In this document: piece by piece, positions 18,883 through 28,228 of the stretch
Layout of the letters: the number at the start of each line of letters is the position of its first letter
Numbering within the stretch: the stretch's first letter is position 1
Source: Thermoplasmata archaeon
Lineage (GTDB): Archaea; Thermoplasmatota; Thermoplasmata; Lutacidiplasmatales; UBA184
Assembly: GCA_021823345.1 (NCBI GenBank)
Contig: JAKAOF010000003.1
Coordinates: forward strand, 23,545 to 87,544
Reading direction: 5' to 3'
Length of the DNA stretch: 64,000 bases
The notes under the pieces: model-generated
Told to the model about the DNA's origin: nothing
The model's input: the letters and a program-made list of their open reading frames with translations, nothing else
Database searches by the model: none
Program-made: the position numbers and the translations under genes

Positions 18883-20367
18883 ATGAACCGCTCGTGGAAG
18901 AACCTCGGCGAGTTCCTCCAATTCCTCGAGAGCAAGGGGGAGCTGGTCCGAGTGTCGTCCGAAGTGGACCCCCGCCTCGAAATGGCGGAGATGGCGCTGC
19001 GTTCGGTGAGAACGGGAGGGCCGGCGTTGCTCTTCGAGCGGCCGAAAGGGGGTTCCATGCCCGTGGCCATGAACGTCTTCGGCACCGAACAGCGGACCGC
19101 CTGGGCCCTCGGTGCGGAGTCGTTGAGCGAGCCGCGGCAACGGATCGAAGGACTGCTTCGTCTCAAGCCCCCGGGAGGTCTGGGGGAGATCCTTTCTGAC
19201 CTGCCCGCCGCGTTGGAGAACCTGCAGAACCTCCGGGCCCTGGGCCCCAAGCGGGTGAGCCGCGCGGCGTGTCAGGAGGTCGTGAAGGAAGGGGGAAACC
19301 TGGACGAACTCCCCATCATCACCTGCTGGCCCAAGGACGGGGGACCGACCATCACCTTTCCGCTCGTCATCACGAAGAATCCCGAGACCGGTCAACAGAA
19401 CGCCGGGATCTACCGGTTGCAGCGGTATGGAAAGGACACCCTCGGCATGCACTGGCAGGTCCACCGGGTCGGAGCGGAGAACTACCGCCGCTACGCACGC
19501 CGGAAGGAGGAGATGCCGGTCGCCATCGTCATCGGGGCCGATCCCACCACCGTCTTCAGTGCGCTCGCACCGGTCCCGGAGGGGATCAGCAAGTTCGCGT
19601 TCTCGGGGCTGCTCCAGGGCCGGTCGGTCGAACTGGTCCCGTGCCGCACGGTCGACCTCGAGGTCCCCGCAGAAGCGGAGATCGTCATCGAAGGTACGGT
19701 CACCCCGGGAGAACTCCACGTGGAGGGCCCCTTCGGCGATCACACCGGGTACTACTCCCTTCCCGAGGAATTCCCGGTCATGCATGTACGGTGCGTGACC
19801 CACCGAAAGAATCCCGTCTATCTCACGACCGTCACGGGCAAGCCGCCCACCGAGGACGCGGTCCTCGGGATGGCCGTGACCGACCTGTTCCTTCCGGTCA
19901 TCCGCATGGTGCTGCCCGAGGTGGTGGACATGGCCCTCCCGATGGAGGGGCTCTTCATCAATGTCGGCGTGATCTCCATCCACAAGAGCTTCCCCCAGCA
20001 CGCCCGGAAGGTGATGCACGCCCTATGGGGGCTCGGGCAACTCATGTTCGTCCGATACCTCATCGTCGTGGACCACGACGTGGACCCCCACGACATGCGC
20101 GAGGTCCTCTACCGGGTGGGGCTCCAGGCTGACCCGCAGGAGGACCTCACGATCGTTGAAGGTCCGGTCGACCAATTGTCGATCTCCAACCGGGTGGAGA
20201 ACGTCGGAGGGAAGCTCGGGATCGACGCCACGAAGAAGTGGCCGGAAGAAGCCTACCCGCGCCCGTGGCCGGAAGAGACGAAGATGGACCCGGAAGTAGT
20301 ACGTCGCGTGGATGAACTCCTAGGGAGCCTCCCCCCGCTGAAGAAGGCGCTCTCTCCTCGCCGATGA
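18883..20367 (+). CDS. ubiD: UbiD-family (de)carboxylase (3-polyprenyl-4-hydroxybenzoate decarboxylase-like)
   Basis: 494 aa matching the UbiD family layout (e.g. GPALLFERPKG, ITCWPKDGGPTITFPLVITKNPETG, GDHTGYY). Confidence 0.85.
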   Translation: MNRSWKNLGEFLQFLESKGELVRVSSEVDPRLEMAEMALRSVRTGGPALLFERPKGGSMPVAMNVFGTEQRTAWALGAESLSEPRQRIEGLLRLKPPGGLGEILSDLPAALENLQNLRALGPKRVSRAACQEVVKEGGNLDELPIITCWPKDGGPTITFPLVITKNPETGQQNAGIYRLQRYGKDTLGMHWQVHRVGAENYRRYARRKEEMPVAIVIGADPTTVFSALAPVPEGISKFAFSGLLQGRSVELVPCRTVDLEVPAEAEIVIEGTVTPGELHVEGPFGDHTGYYSLPEEFPVMHVRCVTHRKNPVYLTTVTGKPPTEDAVLGMAVTDLFLPVIRMVLPEVVDMALPMEGLFINVGVISIHKSFPQHARKVMHALWGLGQLMFVRYLIVVDHDVDPHDMREVLYRVGLQADPQEDLTIVEGPVDQLSISNRVENVGGKLGIDATKKWPEEAYPRPWPEETKMDPEVVRRVDELLGSLPPLKKALSPRR

Positions 20368-21200
20368 GACGTGAGCTCAACGAGCTGCTCCTGCCGCAGC
20401 AACTGGGACTGAACCTCTTCCTTTCCCTGGGGTTCATCGGAGTGGCCACCCATTGGAACGCATCGCTCTGGACCGTGCTGCTCATCCTGGTCGCCTTCGT
20501 CTGCGCCCGGAACGCGGGCCACGCGTTCAACCAGATTGCGGACCGCGACTACGATGCCCGAAATCCCCGGACGAAGGACCGACCCATCGTCACGCATCGA
20601 CTGTCCTTACGCGCCGCGTGGGTGGTGGTCTTGGCCAACGTGGCCCTGGTCCTCGTCGCAACGGCCTTGCTCAACCATCTCGTCCTTCTGCTCGCCCCGG
20701 TCGCCCTCGCCCTGGTCATGGGCTATTCGTACACGAAGCGCTACACCGCATGGACCACGGTGCTGCTCGGACTTGTCGAAGGGATGATCCCCATCGGGAT
20801 CTACCTCGCGGTCGAACAGGCCGTCCCCGTCGTGGCGCTGGTGGGAGGTTTTGGAGTGTTGTGCTTCGGGACCGGGTTCGAGACCGTACACAGCCTGCGG
20901 GACATCGCGACGGACCGCGCCCAGGGACTTCACTCGATCCCGGCCCGCCTGGGATGGAACGGGGGGGTGGCCGTCGCCAGCCTTTCGTTCGCCCTTGCCA
21001 TGGTGCTGTTCGGGCTCTTCGGGACCCTTGCGGGGTTGGGGGTTCCCTACCTCATCGCACTGGTCGGGATGGGGGTCGCCCTCGCTGGCGAGATTGGAGG
21101 GTTATCCCGGGGGCAGCTACCGGTGGGAAAGGTGTTCTGGGCCAACTTTGCCTTCGGTGCGCTCTTTCTGGCGGGAGTCTTCTCCGCCCATTTCCTATAG
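20364..21200 (+). CDS. ubiA: UbiA-family aromatic prenyltransferase
   Basis: 9-TM protein with NQIADRDYDARNPRTKDRP (first Asp-rich NxxxDxxxD motif) and YSYTKRYT. Overlaps the ubiD stop. Confidence 0.8.
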   Translation: MRRELNELLLPQQLGLNLFLSLGFIGVATHWNASLWTVLLILVAFVCARNAGHAFNQIADRDYDARNPRTKDRPIVTHRLSLRAAWVVVLANVALVLVATALLNHLVLLLAPVALALVMGYSYTKRYTAWTTVLLGLVEGMIPIGIYLAVEQAVPVVALVGGFGVLCFGTGFETVHSLRDIATDRAQGLHSIPARLGWNGGVAVASLSFALAMVLFGLFGTLAGLGVPYLIALVGMGVALAGEIGGLSRGQLPVGKVFWANFAFGALFLAGVFSAHFL

Positions 21201-21320
21201 GACCGGGGCCCGCAGGGCGGGAGGGCTCCCGCCCGGAAGTTAGCCTGAGGGAGCAGGGAAGATTCCAATCTCCCGCGGTTCGACCGAACATTAATATCCC
21301 TCCGAGGTAGTTGACCGCTG

Positions 21321-22427
21321 ATGGAGCGCTTCGATGTCGTCGTCGTGGGAGCGGGTCCTGCAGGAAGTTCTGCCGCGCTTTTCGCCGCCCGTGGAGGTGC
21401 GCGCACCCTGCTCGTCGACAAGCGGCCCGAGATCGGCTTCCCCGTGCAGTGTGGCGAGTTCCTGCCCACGTTCGAAGAGCTTGTGAGCATTTTCCCCCGG
21501 CACGAAGGCTTCGATGAGGTCTTCCGGATCCCGGAAGAAGCGATCCTTTCTCGGACCAACGTCATCGATTGCATCTCCCCGACCTCCCGGCATTACACCT
21601 TCCCGATGAGCGGGTACTCCGTCACCCGGCGCTCCTTCGACAAGATCCTCGCTTACCGCGCGGAACAGGCCGGTGCCGAACTCCGCCATCCGGCCACGGT
21701 CACGGGCGTGACCGCGGACACGGTCGAGTTCGCCGGTGGGGAACGGGTCGGTGCACGCATCATCGTCGGTGCGGACGGACCGCTGTCCGTGGTGGCCCGA
21801 TCCCGGAAGGCCGTCCTGCCGCGGGAGATGTACAAGATGATCACGACGAGTACCACCGGTCATTTCGATCCGGTCGTAGAGCTCTACTTCGGGAGCATCG
21901 CCCCTGGGGGCTACGCCTGGGTCATCCCCAAGGGGGAAGGGGCAAATGTCGGACTGGGAGTGGCCCGGTTGCCGCCGGGTGAGTCCTTGTCGTCGTTGCT
22001 CGCCAAGTTCGCCGCGGAACGCCACCTGACCCTCACGCCCCCGTTCACCCGCTGGTGGGTCCCGCTCGGGGACCCCCCCTCCACTGCCGTGCACGGAAAC
22101 GCCCTGCTGGCCGGCGATGCCGCCAACATGGTCATGGCCACGAACGGAGGAGGCATTCCCACCGCGATGATCAGCGGGATGTACGCCGGGAAAGTGGCTG
22201 CCGATCACGTTCGATCGGGACGTCCCCTTTCGGAATACGACACCCTGTGGCAACAGAACCTCTCCCAGCCATTGAAGCGCGGCTACTCGATCAAGGCCTT
22301 CGGAGACCGGGTCGTCTATCATGACCTTCTCCTCTCCTTCGGCATGCGCTACATCGGGCACGGCGGGATGGGCAATTTCATCCGCATGCAGTGGCCCCGC
22401 CGGTTGGGTGGGAGGTTGGGTGCATGA
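21321..22427 (+). CDS. geranylgeranyl reductase family FAD-dependent oxidoreductase
   Basis: FDVVVVGAGPAGSSAA (FAD GxGxxG) and LVDKRPEIGFPVQCGEFLP, typical of archaeal GGR/ChlP-like enzymes. Confidence 0.85.
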   Translation: MERFDVVVVGAGPAGSSAALFAARGGARTLLVDKRPEIGFPVQCGEFLPTFEELVSIFPRHEGFDEVFRIPEEAILSRTNVIDCISPTSRHYTFPMSGYSVTRRSFDKILAYRAEQAGAELRHPATVTGVTADTVEFAGGERVGARIIVGADGPLSVVARSRKAVLPREMYKMITTSTTGHFDPVVELYFGSIAPGGYAWVIPKGEGANVGLGVARLPPGESLSSLLAKFAAERHLTLTPPFTRWWVPLGDPPSTAVHGNALLAGDAANMVMATNGGGIPTAMISGMYAGKVAADHVRSGRPLSEYDTLWQQNLSQPLKRGYSIKAFGDRVVYHDLLLSFGMRYIGHGGMGNFIRMQWPRRLGGRLGA

Positions 22428-23470
22428 CCGGGCTCATCGACGGCTCCGCTTCCCTCGGATTGCTCGCCGACCAAATCCTCGGAAAGGAGGGCATGGAGCG
22501 CTTCTCCGAGGTCTTCGCCCCCCTTTCACGGGACCTCCAAGAGGTCGGGAACCGCATCTCCCGAGTCATGCCCTGTGCGTACTCCTACCTCACGGAGGCC
22601 GCGACCTTCGCGACCTCCACGGGGGGCAAGTACCTGCGACCGCTGGTGATCCTCTCGACCTACCGGGCCCTGGGGGCCGAGGACACGAGCCCGGTGTACT
22701 CCCTGGCCGCCTCCTTCCAGCTCATCCACACGGCCTCCCTCGTGCATGACGACCTTATCGACCACGCCACGCTCCGCCGGGGGCGCCCCTCCGTGCACAA
22801 GGCCTTCGGAGAACCGGTCGCCATCGTCACGGGAGACTACCTTTTCGTCCGCGCCTTCCAGTTGGCCGCCGAGTACCCTCGACCCATCATCACCATGTGC
22901 GGCGAGGCGAGCGCGGACCTCGCGCTCGGGGAGGTCATGCAGGAGAACAGCCGCTTCGACCTCAGCATCGGACGGGACCGGTACCTACGCATCGTCTCCA
23001 ACAAGACCGCGAACGCGCTCGCCGCCGGAGCCGAGGCGGCCGCCCGAGTATTCGGTGTCGAAGAGCGGATCGCCCACGCCATGTCCGATTATGGGCGGGC
23101 GATGGGCATCGCGTTCCAGATCAAGGACGATCTCCTCGATGTCTTCGGCGACCCCGAGGTCACGGGAAAACCCCTCCTTTCGGACTTCCGCGAGGGACTG
23201 CCGACCCTACCCAGCCTCGACGCCTACGAGCTGCTCCCCACGAAGGAGCGGGAAGAGTTCGAGCGCCTGTTTACCCTGCGCTCGAAGCGCCAGTCCCAGC
23301 TCCTGCGCATGAAGGAGCTATGCGAGGCGGCCGGGGTCCGTGCACTCAGCGAGCGGCAGGCCGAAGAGTGGTCCCAAACGGCCATCAATTCCCTCCAGAA
23401 CATCCGCCCGGGACCGTACCGGGACCTGCTCGAAAAGGTCGCCGAAGGGGCGATTCGGAGGCGGTACTAG
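22424..23470 (+). CDS. trans-polyprenyl diphosphate synthase
   Basis: First DDxxD (LVHDDLIDH) and second (FQIKDDLLD) motifs. The ATG overlaps the upstream stop (ATGA). Confidence 0.85.
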   Translation: MTGLIDGSASLGLLADQILGKEGMERFSEVFAPLSRDLQEVGNRISRVMPCAYSYLTEAATFATSTGGKYLRPLVILSTYRALGAEDTSPVYSLAASFQLIHTASLVHDDLIDHATLRRGRPSVHKAFGEPVAIVTGDYLFVRAFQLAAEYPRPIITMCGEASADLALGEVMQENSRFDLSIGRDRYLRIVSNKTANALAAGAEAAARVFGVEERIAHAMSDYGRAMGIAFQIKDDLLDVFGDPEVTGKPLLSDFREGLPTLPSLDAYELLPTKEREEFERLFTLRSKRQSQLLRMKELCEAAGVRALSERQAEEWSQTAINSLQNIRPGPYRDLLEKVAEGAIRRRY

Positions 23471-23493
23471 GCGTCCCGCCAGGTTCCAAACGG

Positions 23494-23510
23494 TTATCTT
23501 TATTAATGCA
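23494..23510 (+). promoter_or_regulatory. putative TATA box (ctttattaatg) for the L1-L10-L12 operon
   Basis: AT-rich hexamer about 30 bp upstream of the rpl1 ATG within an otherwise GC-rich spacer. This is an inference. Confidence 0.35.
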
Positions 23511-23536
23511 ACAGAATTCGTGCGCTCGCTTTTACC

Positions 23537-24175
23537 ATGGATGAAAAGACCCCGCTGCAGGCGGTTCAAGAAATCCTCAAGGCAGAATCCCAACGGGGAT
23601 TCAAGGAAACCCTAGAGGTCGCCATCAATCTCAAGGACCTCGATCTCACCCTTCCGAAGAACCGCGTCGAGGAGGAAGTCCCCCTTCCGAAGGGACGCGG
23701 ACGGAACCTCAAGGTCGCCGTGTTCGGTTCCCCGGAACTCGTGGCGAAGATCAAGGGAGCCGCGGACCTCACGATCCTTCCCGACCAGATGGATACCTAC
23801 TTCAAGGACAAGCGCGCCAGCCGCAAGCAGGTCGATGCCATCGACTTCTTCCTGGCCGAAGCCCCGTTCATGCCCACCATCGGTAAGCGGCTCGGAACGG
23901 TCCTCGGTCCCCGGGGAAAGATGCCACGGCCGATTCCCCCCGGAGCTGATCCTTCTTCTCTCATCCAATCCTTGAAGCGGACGGTACGGCTCCGCAACAA
24001 GGGAAAGAGGACCTTCCACGTGGCGGTCGGAACGCGGGACATGTCCGCCGAGGACCTCGCCCAGAATGTCCAGGCGGTCCTCGACCGGCTCGTCGGTAAG
24101 CTCGAGCGGGGTCGCAACAACATTGGCAGCGTCTACGTCAAGACCACGATGGGCAAGTCCGTGAGGCTCTGGTAA
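23537..24175 (+). CDS. rpl1: 50S ribosomal protein L1 (uL1)
   Basis: 212 aa with the L1 signature LKVAVFG...GPRGKMP... Confidence 0.9.
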   Translation: MDEKTPLQAVQEILKAESQRGFKETLEVAINLKDLDLTLPKNRVEEEVPLPKGRGRNLKVAVFGSPELVAKIKGAADLTILPDQMDTYFKDKRASRKQVDAIDFFLAEAPFMPTIGKRLGTVLGPRGKMPRPIPPGADPSSLIQSLKRTVRLRNKGKRTFHVAVGTRDMSAEDLAQNVQAVLDRLVGKLERGRNNIGSVYVKTTMGKSVRLW

Positions 24176-24180
24176 GGACG

Positions 24181-25059
24181 ATGGCGGCCGCTGCGGAATC
24201 CGTAGACTCGCTCTCGATGGCGAAGCAGGAGCGGATCCACGCCTCCGAATCCCTCAGTGACGAGATGCTCTCCCGGCGGGTCGTGTCGCTCGTAGCCTTC
24301 CGCGGAGTGCCGGCAGCGAATCTCCAGGCCATGCGTAAGGGGCTCCGGGACCGGGGCCACATCTTCCATGTGGCGCCGAACAGCCAGATCACCCACGCCC
24401 TCGAGCGCGCGGCCAAGAAGAGCCCGAAGCTCGCCGAGCTCGTTCCGATGGTCACGGACCAGACGGCGGTGCTCATTTCCGATTCCAATCCTTTTGCGCT
24501 CTACCGGGAACTCCTGAAGACGCGCAACCACGTATCTCCTCGGGGCGGCGAGATCGCCCCGCAAGACGTCATGGTGCATGCCGGGAACACTCCCTTCAAG
24601 CCCGGACCGATCGTCGCCGAGCTCCAGCACGCCGGCTTCCCCGCCGCCATCGAGAAGGGCGCCGTTGTGATCAAGAAGGACACGGTCATCGTGAAGAAGG
24701 GGGAAGCGATCCACCGTGAGGTCGCCCAGATGCTCGCTCGGCTCGAGATCAAACCGATCGAGGTGGGCCTCATGCTCCGGGCCGCTGTCGAGGAAGGCAT
24801 GGTCTACGGAAGCTCCGTCCTCGCGGTCGACTTCGATGCCATGCTCGCCAGCATGTCGAGGGCGCGGGCACAAGGGATCGCACTAGCGCTCGCCGGAGGA
24901 TTCGTCACGGCCGAGACCCTCCCGCTGCTCATCGCCAAGTCGTTCCGCCAAGCGCGGGGCCTGGCACTGCACGCTGGGTTCATCTCCTCCGATACCATTG
25001 CTTCGCTGATCGGCCGGGCCGTTCGGGAGGCAAACGCTTTAAAGGGCCTAGCTAAGTGA
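24181..25059 (+). CDS. rplP0: 50S ribosomal protein L10/P0 (uL10)
   Basis: 292 aa in the conserved L1-L10-L12 order, with archaeal P0-like N- and C-terminal domains. Confidence 0.9.
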   Translation: MAAAAESVDSLSMAKQERIHASESLSDEMLSRRVVSLVAFRGVPAANLQAMRKGLRDRGHIFHVAPNSQITHALERAAKKSPKLAELVPMVTDQTAVLISDSNPFALYRELLKTRNHVSPRGGEIAPQDVMVHAGNTPFKPGPIVAELQHAGFPAAIEKGAVVIKKDTVIVKKGEAIHREVAQMLARLEIKPIEVGLMLRAAVEEGMVYGSSVLAVDFDAMLASMSRARAQGIALALAGGFVTAETLPLLIAKSFRQARGLALHAGFISSDTIASLIGRAVREANALKGLAK

Positions 25060-25072
25060 GGAGGTAACGAAA

Positions 25073-25381
25073 ATGCAGTACGTCTACGGAGCCATGCTGT
25101 TGCATGCGGCAGGAAAGAGCATCGACGAAAAAGGGATCACCGCCGTTGTAGCGGCCGCGGGAGTATCCGCGGACGCGACCCAAGTGAAGGCCCTGGTGGC
25201 CTCACTCGAGGGAGTCAACATCGCCGATGTGCTCGCGAAGGCCGAGGCCGCCCCAGTCGCGGTCGCCGCTCCCGCGGCACCCGCCGCTAGTGGCGCTTCC
25301 GAGAAGAAGGAAGAGAAGAAAGAGGAGAAGGGCGTCTCCGAAGAAGAGGCGTCTCAAGGACTCTCCGCTCTCTTCGGATAA
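25073..25381 (+). CDS. rpl12: 50S ribosomal stalk protein L12/P1
   Basis: 102 aa with an Ala-rich hinge, [10 protein letters not shown] and a C-terminal GLSALFG stalk tail. Confidence 0.9.
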   Translation: MQYVYGAMLLHAAGKSIDEKGITAVVAAAGVSADATQVKALVASLEGVNIADVLAKAEAAPVAVAAPAAPAASGASEKKEEKKEEKGVSEEEASQGLSALFG

Positions 25382-25397
25382 GCGGACTTCCAAACCC

Positions 25398-25422
25398 GGG
25401 GAAGGGAATTCCTCCCTTCCCC
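25398..25422. terminator. perfect 10-bp stem/5-nt loop hairpin at convergent gene ends (GGGGAAGGGA-ATTCC-TCCCTTCCCC)
   Basis: Seen directly in the sequence between the rpl12 stop and the stop of the convergent 25425..27371 gene. Coordinates are good to ±2 nt. Confidence 0.4.
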
Positions 25423-25424
25423 TC

Positions 25425-27371
25425 CTACCCGGCTACTTCGTCGAACATCCCCTCGATACGCGATTTTCCGGCCGCGTCCGTCGACCCGGGGAGAAGGGTG
25501 GTGATCACCACGATCCGTTTGCTGGCGGCTGCGTCAAGGATCTTCTTCAGGAACTTGACGGTCCGCTCGAGGCCATTTGCGGAGATGAGTTCGCCCAGTC
25601 CGTCGATCATCACGACCGCCGCCTCGGGTTCTTCCATGAAATGGAGCGCCCGGGCCGTGACCTCGTGGTCCATCAACCGGGGATTGTAGGTCTCCGTCCA
25701 TCCGGCGTTCTCGGAGATCCAGACGACGTTCTTGCCCGTCACGCCGTAGTCCTCCATCAGCTTGGGGGGGAAGGTGGAGGTCATGAGCAGTCCGTGACGG
25801 TCGCCCTTGACCTGTCGGAAGGCCTCGATGCCGCGAGTCGGCCGGGAGTCCATGAAGAGGTACGTTCGCCCCGCGCGCATCTCGACCGGAGCGGCCCCCG
25901 CCGCAGGGTGGGACGTTCCCTTCTCGGAGTCGCTCGTCACGGTGGACCGGGTCCGCACCCGGGTTCGAGCGGCTTCCCGCTCATGCGCTTTCTCGGAGTC
26001 GCCGTTGGTCAGGGAATCGGGAAAGATGGTTTCCACACGGGAAAGCAACTGGAGCACCTGGGTGAATCGCCGGGCCCGAAGCGCGATGGTGATCTGCTTC
26101 ACCAGGACGGCGGGCGCACGCACGTCAATCCCCCGGGTGTGCGCCATCTTGAGCCGGTTGCTGATCTCGACGATCCGGCGTTCGAGGAGCGGCTGGAGGA
26201 TCTCGATGGCCTGGGTCACCGCCATGGCCAGCATCGCTTCCCCCTCCTTGCGATGGCCCTTCTCCACGTACCCGTATGCCTTCTCGATCGAGGGGCGGAC
26301 GCGGAATGAGGAATTGCCGAGAGAGACGATCCCGTTCTCGAGCTGGTTGAGCGTGTTGATCATCGGGCCGAAGTTCGCTAGCTGGCGCTCCTGCTCAGCG
26401 GTCTCGGTCTCGAGGGCCTCGAAGTTGCGGAAGTACCCCTCGAGGTCTCGCGCCGCGTGTCGTGCGGCCATCTGCTCCAGGGCTTCGCGCATCTTGGCGG
26501 AAGCGAACGGCCCCATGTTGTCGACGTCCCGGGTGGACTCGGCAAGCAGGCCCGCACCCTTGCTGAGCAGCGCATTCCCGAGCTCCGCCTCGGCGGACCG
26601 CATTTCGGCGATGGCCTCGGACTTTTCCGAGATCTTCCAAAAGTTCGCCGCGCGTTTGAGCATTTGGGCGGCGCTACGGACGTCCACCGAATAACGCACG
26701 GCCAGCTCGACCAGCCGCTTGTTGACCTGGGCCAGCTTTGCGAAGGCGAGGTCCGGGTCCTTCTTGACGACCTCTATCGAGGGGGAGGTGGGGGGAGGAG
26801 TTACTTCGACCGGAACGACGACGGGCTCGGCGGGACGGGTCGGGACCGGAACCTCTTCTTTCTGAACGGGAGGAGAAGGAGTCGGCTCGGGTTGGACGGG
26901 GATCGGGGTCGACGGAGGCTCCACCACGGGGGAGGGAGTCTCGGGCGGTAGGGGTTCCTTCGGCTCCTCCTGAGGGGGCGAGGGGGGTGGCGACTCCGGG
27001 GCCTCCTCTACGGGAGGGGAGGGCGCCGACTGTTCCTTGGGCACTTCTACCGGAGGCGAGGGAGGTGAGGGTTGGGGAGTTTCAGGAGGAGGAGAGGGGG
27101 CCGTTTCCTCCACGGGAGGCGTTGGGGAGGGGGTCGGAGCAACGGCCGGGGGCGAAGGCGCCGGCTCCTCCTTCTCTGGCAGGGTCGGTGCCGGAGCGGG
27201 CTCCGCAGGGGGTGGGGTCGCGGCTACGGTCGCCGCCGGCGTTGGGACGGTCGGAGTCCCCAGATCCACTTGATCTGGCCAGAGTTCCTTAGGTAACCCA
27301 CAGGAGGGACACTCGAGTGCTTCTTCGGCCACTGGAGTGTCACAAACTGGACACTTGCGCTCCCCTTTCAT
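25425..27371 (-). CDS. multidomain protein: N-terminal zinc ribbon, ~180-aa Pro/Thr/Ser/Glu-rich linker, helical/coiled-coil region, C-terminal DUF835-like domain
   Basis: CPVCDTP...CPSCG. PAPSPPAVAPTPSPTPPVEETAPSPPPETPQPSPPSPP low-complexity linker. C-terminal RTYLFMDSRPTRGIEAFRQVKGDRHGLLMTSTFPPKLMEDYGV...VVMIDGLGELISANGLERTVKFLKKILDAA resembles archaeal DUF835, from memory. Confidence 0.6.
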   Translation of the reverse strand: MKGERKCPVCDTPVAEEALECPSCGLPKELWPDQVDLGTPTVPTPAATVAATPPPAEPAPAPTLPEKEEPAPSPPAVAPTPSPTPPVEETAPSPPPETPQPSPPSPPVEVPKEQSAPSPPVEEAPESPPPSPPQEEPKEPLPPETPSPVVEPPSTPIPVQPEPTPSPPVQKEEVPVPTRPAEPVVVPVEVTPPPTSPSIEVVKKDPDLAFAKLAQVNKRLVELAVRYSVDVRSAAQMLKRAANFWKISEKSEAIAEMRSAEAELGNALLSKGAGLLAESTRDVDNMGPFASAKMREALEQMAARHAARDLEGYFRNFEALETETAEQERQLANFGPMINTLNQLENGIVSLGNSSFRVRPSIEKAYGYVEKGHRKEGEAMLAMAVTQAIEILQPLLERRIVEISNRLKMAHTRGIDVRAPAVLVKQITIALRARRFTQVLQLLSRVETIFPDSLTNGDSEKAHEREAARTRVRTRSTVTSDSEKGTSHPAAGAAPVEMRAGRTYLFMDSRPTRGIEAFRQVKGDRHGLLMTSTFPPKLMEDYGVTGKNVVWISENAGWTETYNPRLMDHEVTARALHFMEEPEAAVVMIDGLGELISANGLERTVKFLKKILDAAASKRIVVITTLLPGSTDAAGKSRIEGMFDEVAG

Positions 27372-28228
27372 GATTGACGGTTGACATGAGGGATGTTACC
27401 CTATAACTCTTCTCCGCATCGAAGGGAGCGGCTCGGCGCATTGTCGCACCTCCCCAGTGGAAGGATGCCGCTGATTCTCGGTCCGTGGAATCTAGAGGTG
27501 GATTATCCTACCCCGCCAGATTTACTTTTCGAGAGTGAGCAAATGTCGAAAGTCCGTGCTCCCCACGTGCTGGGGCCGAATCTCTTGGGGCTTTCTGCAT
27601 CCTACCTGCCGTCTCGGGACCCTAGCGGATCTTCGGATCCTCTCGGAGACGCAGCGGCAGAAGATCCGGGCGGAGAACGAACGACGATTGGTTCTTCCCA
27701 CGGCCAGCGTTTCGGCCCGATGGTGCCCTGGTGCCACCTCGCCGGCGAGACCCCCCCCAACGTGTCGACCCCCACCATCTTCACTCGGTCGGTTTCGTCG
27801 GTCGAACGGGGCAGCACGAGGTCGGAGCGGCCCTACCGCACCCGTTACGCCCAGGGAGGTTTCCGTGGCGCCTGAACTACTTTCCGAACGGGACCCCCTT
27901 CGTTCGAGGCAAAGGTTCCGGCACGCATGGCTCCCCGATATCGAGAACGGGAACGATGCCCAGATCTTCCTCAGTGAGGTGAACGAATTGTGGAACCATT
28001 ACTACACGAATCGAGTGCCTAGTCCGCGTGCGTTACCCGACCCACGTCGCGATACGGGTCCTTTCGACCCTGGACGAACGATGCGGGAGCTTGACCGTGA
28101 GCTGGCCGAGTGGGAGCGATGGGTGGCCGACCACCGGGCGCTCCCAAAGCTTGCCTTTCCCCTACCGAAGCGCGGAACCTTTCCCGGCACGGCGGTGACG
28201 ACCAAGGAGAAGAACCCCAAGTCCCGGG

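Noticed and set aside
18853-20019. 388-aa minus-strand ORF antisense to ubiD
   Set aside because: It has no motifs and an Arg/Gly/His-rich composition. ubiD on the plus strand is well supported.
27540-27600. RNase P RNA (P4-like CGAAAGUCCGUGCUCC)
   Set aside because: Only the 5' P4-like strand resembles the consensus. I found no ACAGAA..CCGGCUUA-type 3' strand and no GGUAACGCC-type P15 region, so I did not call RNase P RNA.
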